Source: an uncultured Armatimonadetes bacterium
GTDB taxonomy: Bacteria > Armatimonadota > UBA5829 > DTJY01
DNA: 64,000 nucleotides
NCBI GenBank assembly: GCA_963717145.1
Contig: OY970325.1
Coordinates: 2,784,001 to 2,848,000, forward strand
Direction of reading: 5' to 3'
Shown: piece after piece, positions 39,244-49,780 of the stretch
Layout of the letters: each line of letters begins with the position of its first letter
Position numbering within the stretch: the first letter of the stretch is position 1
Position numbers and translations under genes: made by a program
Notes under the pieces: generated by a model
What the model was told of the DNA's origin: nothing
Databases searched by the model: none
Seen by the model: only the letters and a program-made list of their open reading frames with translations

Positions 39244-40242
39244 TTATCCCTGCATCCGCAGCAGGACTTTCGCTGTCTTGCCCGCTGCAAACTCCGCATA
39301 GGCCTTTGGAGCTTCATCGAGGGCGTAGGTGTGGGAAACCAGGTCCCGCACCCTCAATCCGTCTCGATACAGTCTCAGCATGTCGCCGAACTCGTGGAAG
39401 TGATAGAACCAGGAGCCAAGCGCAGTGATGTCGCGGCGAATGAAGTCCTCGCTCGGCGACAGCGGGATTTCGGGCTGCTCCCCGTTGAAGACAACAGTTC
39501 CGCCCTTTCGAACAACGGCGAAACACTGCTTTGCGGTCTCCGGTTTGCCCGCAGCTTCGATGGCGACGTCAACTCCCCGGCCGGCGGTGATCTCCATGAT
39601 CTGCGGCACAACATCCTCCTGCCCTGCAAGGACGGTCCATCTCGCGCCGAGCTTTCTCGCATAGTCGAGGCGGTATTCCGAGAGGTCCACAGCCACCACG
39701 CGCCGCCCGAGATAGGTCTGCAGAAGAACGTTCCCCAGCCCGATCGGTCCCACGCCGAGCACGGCAACCGTATCGATGTCGTCGCGCAGAATCCGTGTCG
39801 ATGTATGATATGGCACCCCAAGACCGTCGCCGCTCAGCAGGACTCCCACTTCCCACGGCACGTCGTCCGGCAGAATCTGGCAGGCGCGGGCAGCCACAAC
39901 GAACTGCTCCGCGTGCATGTTTGCATAGAACTTGAAGTCGTTGCACCAGGTATACCGGCCGCTCGCACAGTGGGAGCAGCATCCACAACCGGCAATCGCC
40001 GATGCGCCCACTCGCTGCCCGACTTCGATCCCAGTCACGTTCTCGCCGACACGGATGACCACGCCCGCCGCTTCGTGCCCCATGTTGCCGGTCGCGATTC
40101 CATCGCCCCTGTAATCGGGCAGTTCGCTCCCGCATATCGCCGATACAGCGGTGGCAACAACCACTTCGCCCGGACCCGGCTCCGGTTCCGGCATGTCAAC
40201 GATTCTTACGACGCTCTTACCGTCAGACCTAACGCATTTCAT
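39244..40242 (-). CDS. Zn-dependent alcohol dehydrogenase (MDR family)
   Basis: ICGSE, GHEAAG, CGCCSHC..C, GVGPIG. Confidence 0.9.
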   Translation of the reverse strand: MKCVRSDGKSVVRIVDMPEPEPGPGEVVVATAVSAICGSELPDYRGDGIATGNMGHEAAGVVIRVGENVTGIEVGQRVGASAIAGCGCCSHCASGRYTWCNDFKFYANMHAEQFVVAARACQILPDDVPWEVGVLLSGDGLGVPYHTSTRILRDDIDTVAVLGVGPIGLGNVLLQTYLGRRVVAVDLSEYRLDYARKLGARWTVLAGQEDVVPQIMEITAGRGVDVAIEAAGKPETAKQCFAVVRKGGTVVFNGEQPEIPLSPSEDFIRRDITALGSWFYHFHEFGDMLRLYRDGLRVRDLVSHTYALDEAPKAYAEFAAGKTAKVLLRMQG

Positions 40243-40321
40243 CTGATGCTTCTCCGCTACTCATGCCTGCCCCGCTTCTCCCAGGACGACCACACTCCCA
40301 CACTCCCATACTCCCTTTCGC

Positions 40322-41923
40322 TCAATGCCCGGCGTCGGTGGGGATGTACTTGACCCGGAGGAGATCGGCGCCTCTGCCCGCCAGGAACTCGATTGCCCCA
40401 TTTGGATGGAAGATGGGGCCATTCTGCACAACGACGTCATACGCTCGCAGCGGCACTCCGTTTGCATGCACTACCCATCTCCCACCACCCAACGCAGCAT
40501 AGAAAACCTGCTTGCCATCCGGGCTGAAAACCGGTGTACCAGCCGCGATGCGGTCATATTCCAGCCCCAGCCTGCCGTCCACGATGACGAGCCACTTCGC
40601 GCCGTTCTGGGCCGCATAGGCCACCCGCTTGCCGTCCTGACTGAAGATCGGGTCTCCCACCGCTATGGCATCGTATGCCGGTCCTTCCTGCCCGTCCAGA
40701 ACGAGATGCCACTTGTCGCCTTTGAAGGCACCGTAGGCGATCCGGCCATCGGGGCTGAACTTCGGACTGCCTTCTGCTATCCCGTCGCATTCCGGTCCGG
40801 GCTGCCCGTCGAGGACAATGCGCCATTTGCCGTCTTTCTTGGCACCGTACGCCAAGTGCTTCCCATCGGGACTGAACCTGGGGTTGCCCTCGAGGATATC
40901 GTCGTATTCGGGCCCTGGCTGCTCATCCAGGACAACGAGCATCTTCTCGCCTCTCCAGGCTGTGTATACGATATGCTTGCCGTCCGTACTGAAGATAGGA
41001 TTGCCTGCCGCTATGTCGTCCCATTCAGCCCCCGCCTTGCCATCGACGACTACCCGATACTTCCCACCTCTCCGGGTTGCATATGCAAGACGGGCGCCAT
41101 CCGGGCTGAAACGCCAGGTGCTCTCTACGATAGCCTCGCAGAAGGGCCCCGGCTGCCCGTCCAATACCATGAGTTGTCGATCGCCCTTCATGGCAATGTA
41201 TGCCACATGCTTGCCGTCGGGGCTGAACAGAGGCATCCCTTCGGCTACGCCATCCCATTCCTCTCCAGGCTTTCCATCCACAACGACCCGATGCTTTTCG
41301 CCTCTCAAGGCCACATATGCCATATGGCTGCCGTCAGGGCTGAAGACAGGGCTGTCTGCTGCCAGATCATCGTATTCGGGTTCAGCTTTGCCATCCAGAA
41401 CGACAAACAGCTTCTCACCTTTCCACGCTATGTACGCCACGCGCCTGCTATCGGGGCTGAATATGGGATGGCCTTCCATAATATCGTCACACTCAGCGCT
41501 GATCTTGCCGTCCACGACTGCGAAGCATTTCTCGCCGTCCGAGGCAGCGTACGCCACGCGCCTGCTGTCGGGGCTGAATTTCAGGCAGCATACACCGTCG
41601 TACTCCGGGCCCGGCCGGCCGTCGATAACCGCGAGCTGCTTCTCCCCACGCCCGGCAATGTATGCCAGGCGCTTGCCATCGGGGCTGAACGTCATGCCTT
41701 CCGGCACACTGTCGTACTCGGGTCCGGCCTTGCCGTCCCGGACTACGAGCCACTTGTCGCCGTGCGTAGTCGCATAGGCCAGATGGCAGCCATCGCCCGA
41801 AACCACTGCAGACTCCACGTCGCTGTGCACCAGGCCGAGAGGTGTTTCCTCGACCCTGTCTGCAAGACATGGGATGGTGAACAGCAGAGTGATGAAGACA
41901 GTGAGATGATATAGGAGTCTCAT
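40322..41923 (-). CDS. Secreted PD40/TolB-like beta-propeller with about 11 repeats of ~45 aa
   Basis: Repeated FSPDGK(R/H)(L/V)AY...VVDGK.GPEYD. Confidence 0.85.
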   Translation of the reverse strand: MRLLYHLTVFITLLFTIPCLADRVEETPLGLVHSDVESAVVSGDGCHLAYATTHGDKWLVVRDGKAGPEYDSVPEGMTFSPDGKRLAYIAGRGEKQLAVIDGRPGPEYDGVCCLKFSPDSRRVAYAASDGEKCFAVVDGKISAECDDIMEGHPIFSPDSRRVAYIAWKGEKLFVVLDGKAEPEYDDLAADSPVFSPDGSHMAYVALRGEKHRVVVDGKPGEEWDGVAEGMPLFSPDGKHVAYIAMKGDRQLMVLDGQPGPFCEAIVESTWRFSPDGARLAYATRRGGKYRVVVDGKAGAEWDDIAAGNPIFSTDGKHIVYTAWRGEKMLVVLDEQPGPEYDDILEGNPRFSPDGKHLAYGAKKDGKWRIVLDGQPGPECDGIAEGSPKFSPDGRIAYGAFKGDKWHLVLDGQEGPAYDAIAVGDPIFSQDGKRVAYAAQNGAKWLVIVDGRLGLEYDRIAAGTPVFSPDGKQVFYAALGGGRWVVHANGVPLRAYDVVVQNGPIFHPNGAIEFLAGRGADLLRVKYIPTDAGH

Positions 41924-42102
41924 AGTGTGTCCTTTCTCGCGGCCTCGATGGCTGGTTCTAAGACGGTTTGATGGCAGAGGGTTTCTTTCCTTCCAGGCGA
42001 GATCGTCGACGGAGTGGCCTGAGATTCGTTCAGGGCCAGGCCTACTCCCTCACCCCCGCCCATCTGAGCGATTCCTCCACGCTCCCATCCTCCATTGCTC
42101 AT

Positions 42103-42576
42103 CTATTCCACAGTCGTGTGAGGTGCTGCCCTCTCCAGGATTTCCACCAACTCCCAGAACCCGGAGATATAGGGGGCTATGTAGAAGCGCTCTTGCTTAC
42201 CATCGAACTTGTACTCCACCAACCCCCACAAGCCCGGCCCAAGCCGAGAGAAAGGGGGGCGCAGACTCGTGATCACAGAAACAACGCTGTCAAGGTCGAA
42301 AGTCCTATATCGACAATACCTATACAAAGAAATCGAGTGATCCTCGATCCTGATCTCAACAGGCAGTTGGGGCAAGTATCGCCTTGCGATCAGATAGACA
42401 CAGGCAAGCGTCGGCAGAGAAAACAACAGCGCGATTACGATGGCCAAGGGATCGCGCGTCCGGATCAGGAAGACTCCGCCGAAAACAGCCCCACCTGCAA
42501 TGATCAGGGGGTTGAACAGGGACATCGCCCTGTACTCTATCGAATATGCAAAACGCTTACATACGGGATTGTTCAT
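42103..42576 (-). CDS. Hypothetical membrane protein (2 TM plus small soluble domain)
   Basis: ORF with two hydrophobic helices; lower GC. Confidence 0.55.
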   Translation of the reverse strand: MNNPVCKRFAYSIEYRAMSLFNPLIIAGGAVFGGVFLIRTRDPLAIVIALLFSLPTLACVYLIARRYLPQLPVEIRIEDHSISLYRYCRYRTFDLDSVVSVITSLRPPFSRLGPGLWGLVEYKFDGKQERFYIAPYISGFWELVEILERAAPHTTVE

Positions 42577-42605
42577 CTCCCACACTCCCACACTCCCATA
42601 CTCCC

Positions 42606-44916
42606 TTACTCCCTCACAAGCACAAACCGGTCGGTGTATATCCCCTTCATCGCGTTCCCATCGCCCGGGGGCGCGACGTAGAGATACATCCCCTTAGTAA
42701 GTGCATGCGAGCCGAGGTAGTATGTCTTGTACTTCGCCTCATCGGCCTTTGACGCGAATGGATTAGAAAGCGACACGAACCCACGCGCGGTGTCATAAAT
42801 CCCAAGCTGGAATCCGCCGCCGTTGTCGCCCGGCTCACAGCGAATGACCGCGTAGCACTTCCACTTGCCCTCGAACTGCTTGGCATTGCCAGCCGTGATG
42901 TTGAACTGCGTCGCCCACTGAGTGTGACTCCCCGGCATCCTCGCCGCCGATCCATCCGACGCGGCGGAGTCCTTCACCGCCTCGATCCAACCCTCCTTCA
43001 CGCCGACGAGTTGCATTGCGCTCTCCTGGATGACGACGACATCTTCCCTGGGCAGAGCGCTCAACTCCTCGGGCGTCGGCGGCACGATGAACATCGCCTC
43101 GAGTGAGGGTACATACGACTCCCACGACTGCCCCTCGGTGGCATTCCGATTCCCATACTTCTTCGCCAGCTCGACGAACTCCGCGCAGAGCTTCTTCGGA
43201 TCATCCGGCCCCATGAATGGGATCCCGCTCGATGCCGACGCCTGCTTGAATGAGGAGTAGTTCCTGAGCAGCACGTGATCCAGTACCAGCCGATCACGAC
43301 GCACTCTTGCCGAGAGAACAGTGTCGCCCTTCACCGCGTCCTGCGCCTTCCCGAAGAGCCGGTACGCCTCATTCACCACCGGATACGTCAGGAAGCTCAG
43401 GTCGCCGTTGTAGCATCCCAGGTGCATGCTCCTCGCCTCGCACGCATCATGTACCAGGTCGAGGTATCGCCTGAAGATACGGACCCGCGGCCCCGTAGTA
43501 GCCGTTCAGGAACTCCGTCATCAGCGCGCGCTCATTCCTCGACGGGTCCCACATCACATGTGCGAGCAGCCATACGCGCATCTTGTCGAAGTCGCCGATA
43601 GTGCATCCGGGGTCCGCCTGCTCGAAGATGCCGATGGTGTTGTTCTCCAGGAAGAAGCGGATATCCGACGCGAGTCCCCTCATATTGGGATGCGGCTGGA
43701 CAAAGGCGGCGAAGTCGGTGACGTAGTTCCAGATGTAGAGGTTGGGCGCGATCGCCGACCACTTCCGCATGTCGTCGCGGAACGACGCGTTGTAGTCGCT
43801 GTCGAGCGGACGGCCGAAGTTGCACTCGATCGAGCAGAGGCGGATGACGACATTCTTCCTCGGCTTCACAAGGAGCGGCGGCTTGCGGGTGTATTGGTAG
43901 GCGAGCGTCTCGATCAGCATGTCGGGGTACTGCTTCTCGATCTCCTCCGCAACCTTGTTGATGCAGCGGATGAGCGACCCGGACGGCGATCCCTCCTCCG
44001 CATCGGCGGCCTTGCACAGCGCGCACTGGCAGTTCCCCGCCCAGTCGTTCTGGCTGATGGAGATGATCCCCGCCGTGGGGTTCTTGCGTATCCATTCGAG
44101 CGCGTTCCTGGTGAGTTCCTCGCGCATGGCATCGTTGGAGAAACAGAGCTGCCCCCAATCCGCCTGCCGCTTGCCATTGATCTCGCTGTACCATTCCGGG
44201 TGCGCCGCGAAGTGCTTGGCGGGAGGAACGAGCGCGTAGGAGGTATGACACCAGCCCAGGACCGAGTAGTGGCCGCCATAGTTCGGCGAGATAGCGGTGA
44301 AATGCCCATTCAGCTTCATCTTCGCCGCGAAGAGTGGATTCACGTTCGTATCCTCATAGAACGCCTCGCGGTAGAGGAGCTTCGGCGTATAGACGATATT
44401 CAGGTCCGGGATGCGGAGCGTGGTCCTGCTGGGGATATAGCTCTCGGTGCTCGTCCACCATCGGACGCCCACCGTGTCCTCGAGGAACGCGTACACGGCA
44501 TAGAGAGTCCCGCGCGGCTTCCCGCCGGAGAGGATCAGCCTGTTCCCGACGGTTCGGATGATGATGCCGTCGTGCCCCAGTGACTTCCAGTCGACATCGG
44601 GGAGCAGGCTCTCAATGAGCTTCGTCCGTCCGAGCAGGATTTCTTTGGCGCGCGGATGGTTGGGAACACGCTGAGTCGCGAGTTCGTTCTCGACTGGGAT
44701 GAATATTCCGGTTACGTACCTGAGGTAGAGCTGCAGCTCATACGCCGCCGTCTCCACCGGACCGGACGCATCAGCCGGGAGCACGATGGAGTAGTCCGTC
44801 CGCGGGTTCTCCGCGAGGATCAACTCCCCGGCGGACGATGGCTGCCGGACGCCTGCGGTCAGGATGGATATAAGGATGCCGAGCGCCAGCGCGGCCTTGA
44901 TTGCATATAGGGACAT
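42606..44916 (-). CDS. DUF4838-domain secreted protein with one frameshift near 43467
   Basis: RGTLYAVYAFLE..GVRWW, HPEWYSE, QLCFSN, ISQND, TLAYQYT, LCSIEC. Removing one A at ~43467 gives YLQA-YLDLVHD. Confidence 0.85.
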
Positions 44917-45011
44917 GGGACGTACCTCCGTGCCCCGATTATATGCCGAACGAAGGGTGATCCGCAATGCGTGAGTTCGCCGATATCGGGCGTCCGGCAG
45001 GGCAGGCGCTC

Positions 45012-45040
45012 TTGACTCGCTGAAGATAAGGGTCTAGAAT
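45012..45040 (+). promoter_or_regulatory. Sigma70-type promoter of the hsdM operon
   Basis: TTGACT (45012-45017), 17 nt, TAGAAT (45035-45040). Confidence 0.75.
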
Positions 45041-45105
45041 GACTCGGGACACTCTCGGATGGGCATGTGCCTAGCCTATCTGGTCACCTAGAAGGATGGA
45101 ACGCT

Positions 45106-46569
45106 ATGGGCGACACCACCCACGACATCGTTGCCAAGCTCTGGAACTTGTGCAATGTCCTCAAGGATGATGGCATCACCTACCACCAGTACGTCATCGA
45201 ACTGACCTATCTACTGTTTCTGAAGATGGCGAAGGAAACGAGCCATGAGCGTCAGCTTCCGGTAGGCTATCGGTGGGACAGTCTCAAGGCCAAGCCTGCA
45301 TCCGAAAGACTGGAGTTCTACAAACACCTGCTTATCCACCTGGGCGGCCATAGTTCCTATCTGGTTAGGCAGATCTTCGCCGATGCTCATTCCTTCATCA
45401 AGAAGCCAGTCGCACTGTCCGTCTTGGTGACCGAGATCGACAAGCTCGATTGGTACTCTGCCCGTCGCGAAGACTTGGGCGATGTATATGAGGGGTTGCT
45501 GCAGAAGAACGCGAGCGAGAAGAAATCGGGTGCCGGGCAGTACTTCACTCCGCGGGCACTCATCGACAGCATGGTCGCGGTGATGAAACCGACAGTGGAT
45601 GACATCATTCAGGACCCGGCAGCCGGAACCGGTGGTTTTCTCATCGCCGCGAATCGTTACCTTCGCCAGCACGGAGACCCTAACCATTGGACGGAGCATC
45701 AGCAACGGAAGTATCGCCGCAGTACGTTTTACGGTATGGAACACGTCCAAGACACTCATCGGCTTGCACTGATGAACCTTATGTTGCACGGCATTGATTA
45801 CCATCAGAGGGCTGGAGGCATCCGATATGGCGACACCCTCGGGCCCGAGGGTAAGGCGCTACCGAAAGCTACGCTAATCCTTAGCAATCCGCCATTCGGC
45901 AGCAAGAAGGGCGGTGGCCTGCCCGCCCGTACTGATTTCGCTTTTCGAACAAGCAACAAGCAGTTCTGCTTTCTGCAGCATATCTACCGCGCGTTGAAGC
46001 CTGGTGGCCGCGCCGCAGTGGTCATGCCCGACAACATGTTGTTTGAGGTGAATACCGTAGGGGCAGCCATCCGCCGTGACCTGATGGACAGATGCAATCT
46101 CCACACCATCCTCCGGCTGCCTACTGGCATCTTCTATGCCCAGGGCGTGAAGACAAATGTGTTGTTCTTCACTCGTGGCGAGACGGATCAAGGTAACACC
46201 AAGGCGGTCTGGGTCTACGACCTACGCACAAACATGCCGCAGTTCGGCATGCGTTCGGTGCTCACCCGCGAGCGTTTTTCCGATTTCGAAATGGCGTTTG
46301 GCGACGATCCCCTTGGCGGCGCGCGCAGCCTGGCCACACGGCAAGATAGCGGCCAACAAGGCCGCTTCCGCAAGTTCACCCGTGACCAGATCGCTGATCA
46401 TGACGACAACTTGGACCTCTCCTGGTTGAAGGACGAAGGGAATGAGGGCAGTGAGGCAGACCCCATCACCGTGGCACGGGAAGCCATGGGCGAGTTAGAA
46501 GCAGCCTTAGAGGAGGTTCGCGGGATTCTTCTAGAGCTGGACGAGGGGATTGCTGAGGTGGAAGCTTGA
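45106..46569 (+). CDS. hsdM: Type I R-M N6-adenine methyltransferase subunit (EcoKI-like)
   Basis: IVAKLWNLC..L.DDG, GAGQYFTPR, DPAAGTGGFL (SAM binding), NPPF (catalytic), LRLPTGIFYAQGVKTNVLFF. Confidence 0.95.
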   Translation: MGDTTHDIVAKLWNLCNVLKDDGITYHQYVIELTYLLFLKMAKETSHERQLPVGYRWDSLKAKPASERLEFYKHLLIHLGGHSSYLVRQIFADAHSFIKKPVALSVLVTEIDKLDWYSARREDLGDVYEGLLQKNASEKKSGAGQYFTPRALIDSMVAVMKPTVDDIIQDPAAGTGGFLIAANRYLRQHGDPNHWTEHQQRKYRRSTFYGMEHVQDTHRLALMNLMLHGIDYHQRAGGIRYGDTLGPEGKALPKATLILSNPPFGSKKGGGLPARTDFAFRTSNKQFCFLQHIYRALKPGGRAAVVMPDNMLFEVNTVGAAIRRDLMDRCNLHTILRLPTGIFYAQGVKTNVLFFTRGETDQGNTKAVWVYDLRTNMPQFGMRSVLTRERFSDFEMAFGDDPLGGARSLATRQDSGQQGRFRKFTRDQIADHDDNLDLSWLKDEGNEGSEADPITVAREAMGELEAALEEVRGILLELDEGIAEVEA

Positions 46570-48221
46570 TGGGTCTCCCTACAACTTGGACGCTAGCCAC
46601 GGTGGGCGAGTTGATCGAGCTTGGCCCGAAGAACGACTGTGCGGATGATGCCGAAGCCGGGTTCGTGCCTCTGCATCTGATGGGTGTTCACTACCGCGAC
46701 ACACACGGTTTCGAGCGGCGCCAATGGGGCGAAATCCGCAAAGGGTACACTCAGTTCGCTGACGGTGATGTCTTGCTGGCCCGCATTACCCCGAGCTTTG
46801 AGAACGGCAAGGCAGGAATCGCGCGTGGCCTACCAAGTGGAGTTGGTGCAGGGAGTACGGAGTACTTTGTCTGCCGACCTTTCGAAGGCGTCGTGTCGCC
46901 GGAATACCTTTTGGCGCATTTCAAGACGCCCCAATTCTTGAGCAATGGTCAGCAGGTCATGAGTGGTGCGGTAGGGCAACAGCGGGTTCCAAAGCAGTAT
47001 GTTCTCAATAGCGTTATTCCCCTCGCACCGCTCAACGAGCAGAAGCGCATCACGGACAAGCTCGACATGCTGCTGGGGCGCGTGGACGCTTGTCGTGAGC
47101 ATCTGGACTGCATCCCACCCATCCTCGAAGGCTTGCGCCGGGCCATTCTCGCTGCGGCCACCTCGGGCAAACTGACGGAGGATTGGCGCACGCGCTCAAC
47201 GGAATCCGATGAGATGACCTCATTCGAGTCTGCGGATGCCGACGTGATGGGGGATTACAAGTTTCCGAAGAGTTGGGAGAGTGCACACTTCGCCGACATC
47301 GCAGTGATTATAAGCGGGCTCACCAAGGACACCAGGAAACAGGTTGCGGAGGATGAGGAGCTTCCGTACCTCCGCGTCGCAAATGTCCAACGGGGGTTTC
47401 TTGATCTCAGACACATGAAGACAATCCGGGTGCCGTGCAGCAAGCTTAGCGCTCTGCTTCTCCAATCAGGTGATATCCTGTTCAACGAAGGTGGCGACAT
47501 TGACAAGCTTGGGAGAGGCTGGGTTTGGGGCGGCGAGATAGAGCGCTGCGTCTTTCAGAATCACGTTTTCCGCGCTCGCCTCAAAGACACACGATATGCG
47601 CCCAAGTTCTTCTCTTGGTACGGGAATAGCTGCGGTTATGACTACTTCCTATCACATGGCAGGCAAACAACGAATTTGGCATCCATCAATCGGTCAGTTT
47701 TGTCTTCGCTGCCCGTTCCCATACCGCCCCCAGAGGAACAGAACGAAATAGTTCGCCGTGTGGAGATGCTATTCGCCTGTGCTGATCGTCTCGAGAAACG
47801 CTATATGGCTTGCCTGGCCAAGGTGGAAAGTCTGACACCCATACTGATGTCCAAAGCGTTTCGAGGAGAGCTAGTGCCACAGGATCCTGAAGACGAATGT
47901 GCAACCGCGTTGCTCAAACGCGCTGCGGTTGCTCGTGCGTCTCAACCAAGCCCAGCTCGGCGGACCCACAGCACTGAGATATCCACCGAACGGAAGACAA
48001 GATCGGAGACGATTGTGCTGAAACGTACAGAAGTCCTGGCAACACATCTGACCAACATCCTGAATAGCAGAGGCCCACTGTGTCCAGAAGCACTGTGGTC
48101 CGCCTCCCAACTCGACATCAACGATTTCTATGATCAGTTGAGAAATGAGGAGGCGACGGGTCTGCTGCGGGAAATACGGGAAGGCACAGGAGCCGCCAAC
48201 CGGAAACTGGAGGCCACCTGA
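46569..48221 (+). CDS. hsdS: Type I R-M specificity subunit with extra C-terminal domain
   Basis: Two TRDs with conserved PLAPLNEQKRI and PIPPPEEQNEIV regions and the AFRGELVPQDP tail, followed by about 100 additional aa. Confidence 0.9.
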   Translation: MGLPTTWTLATVGELIELGPKNDCADDAEAGFVPLHLMGVHYRDTHGFERRQWGEIRKGYTQFADGDVLLARITPSFENGKAGIARGLPSGVGAGSTEYFVCRPFEGVVSPEYLLAHFKTPQFLSNGQQVMSGAVGQQRVPKQYVLNSVIPLAPLNEQKRITDKLDMLLGRVDACREHLDCIPPILEGLRRAILAAATSGKLTEDWRTRSTESDEMTSFESADADVMGDYKFPKSWESAHFADIAVIISGLTKDTRKQVAEDEELPYLRVANVQRGFLDLRHMKTIRVPCSKLSALLLQSGDILFNEGGDIDKLGRGWVWGGEIERCVFQNHVFRARLKDTRYAPKFFSWYGNSCGYDYFLSHGRQTTNLASINRSVLSSLPVPIPPPEEQNEIVRRVEMLFACADRLEKRYMACLAKVESLTPILMSKAFRGELVPQDPEDECATALLKRAAVARASQPSPARRTHSTEISTERKTRSETIVLKRTEVLATHLTNILNSRGPLCPEALWSASQLDINDFYDQLRNEEATGLLREIREGTGAANRKLEAT

Positions 48222-49780
48222 TGAGGCTAGATCGGCTTCACATCGCAGCATATGGGAACTTGCGCGATTTCGAGATCGACTTCGATGAGGGCCAACCGAC
48301 CACCGTTTTGATCGGACGCAACGGCTCGGGCAAATCATACCTGATCGAGGCAATCGTCGAGATATTCCGCGATCTGGAACTGGATCGCGCTCCCTGCTTT
48401 GCCTACACTCTGGACTACGTCTGTCGGGAGCGTAAGATCAGGATTGACGCCGATCCAAGCAGATCCACGAAGCGTCTTGAAATCACGGTGGACGGGAAGG
48501 CGCTAACACGGACAGCCTTCCGACGTGATCTCGACCGCCTGCTTCCCAACTATGTGTTCGCCTATTACTCCGGCTGGAGTGAGCGCCTTCAGCGCCAGTT
48601 CGACAAGCCGACACAGAAGTACTATAATGACGTGCTGTATAGCCTTCGAACTGACATGCCCTTACGCCGCCTGTTCTTCTGCCGCAAGGAGTACAGCCAA
48701 CTAGTACTGCTAGCCTTCTTCCTGGCCGAACCCGAGAACACCCGATACTTGCTCGAGAAGTACCTTAACATCAAGGGCTTCGACTCGGCCCTGTTTGTGC
48801 TGAAGACTCCCTGGTGGCGAGGCAGTGGCAGACCCAACAAGAAGCAGCTTGCCGATGGTGACGAGCGCTTCTGGTATGCAAGTGGCACGTTCAAAGGGTT
48901 TCTTAGCCGGATTTGGGATCAAGCGCTGGCTCCCATACGTAATACTGAAGTTGACGACCATGATATCCGAAGACAGGGTGATCGGATTGAGAGGCTATAT
49001 CTGTTCATCAAGAACCAAGCTGAGCTTAGCGGGCTTAAGGATGCCGACCAAGATGCCAAGACCCTCTTCAGCCATCTGGAAAGCCTGTTTCTCTGTGACT
49101 TAATAGACGAGGTACGCGTTACTGTTGTGCGCACGGATGACACCCCAGTCAAGTTCACTCAGCTAAGCGAAGGTGAGCAACAGCTTCTGACGGTCCTCGG
49201 TCTCTTGCTGTTTACGCAGGATGACGAGTCACTATACCTGCTCGATGAACCTGACACGCACCTCAATCCGCTCTGGACATACGAGTATTTGAGTTTGCTG
49301 CAAGACAATATCCGAGCCGAGAAGGTACAGCTATTGATCACAACTCACAATCCATTGATGATCGGCACCCTGCACAGGAATCAGGTGCGCAACTTGAGAC
49401 AGGAAGGCAGATCCATCCTTGCAGAGGAGCCAGAAGACAATCCGATCGGTATCGGAATCGAGGGACTGCTCAAATCCGAGTTGTATGGACTGAGATCGAC
49501 GCTGGCTCCAGAAATACTGAGGGATATCGACACACAGAATGAGCTCTTGGCGCTACCCAGGCGGAATGCCGCTCAGAAGAAGGAACTAGAGAACGCAAGC
49601 GAACGACTGGACAAACTTGGCGTCACCAGAAGTCATCCCAATCCGCTCTTCGATCTCTTTGCCAAGGCGATCGCTGGCGAGCCGTTGTTCCAAAAGCCGG
49701 TTCTAACGAAGGACGAGATCAAGGAGCAGGAGAAGCTGGGAAATGAGATGATTGAGAAGATCATGAGGGAGAGCGAATGA
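48221..49780 (+). CDS. ABC/AAA-type ATPase (AAA_15/AAA_21, PtuA/OLD-like)
   Basis: Walker A GRNGSGKS, signature LSEGEQQ, Walker B YLLDEPD, HLNP, H-loop ITTHNP. Confidence 0.9.
   Translation: MRLDRLHIAAYGNLRDFEIDFDEGQPTTVLIGRNGSGKSYLIEAIVEIFRDLELDRAPCFAYTLDYVCRERKIRIDADPSRSTKRLEITVDGKALTRTAFRRDLDRLLPNYVFAYYSGWSERLQRQFDKPTQKYYNDVLYSLRTDMPLRRLFFCRKEYSQLVLLAFFLAEPENTRYLLEKYLNIKGFDSALFVLKTPWWRGSGRPNKKQLADGDERFWYASGTFKGFLSRIWDQALAPIRNTEVDDHDIRRQGDRIERLYLFIKNQAELSGLKDADQDAKTLFSHLESLFLCDLIDEVRVTVVRTDDTPVKFTQLSEGEQQLLTVLGLLLFTQDDESLYLLDEPDTHLNPLWTYEYLSLLQDNIRAEKVQLLITTHNPLMIGTLHRNQVRNLRQEGRSILAEEPEDNPIGIGIEGLLKSELYGLRSTLAPEILRDIDTQNELLALPRRNAAQKKELENASERLDKLGVTRSHPNPLFDLFAKAIAGEPLFQKPVLTKDEIKEQEKLGNEMIEKIMRESE

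Noticed and set aside
40325-41914. 529-aa + strand ORF and similar long antisense ORFs (39097-40353, 58610-60022, 62156-63517)
   Set aside because: Shadow ORFs opposite well-supported genes, common in high-GC DNA; no motifs.
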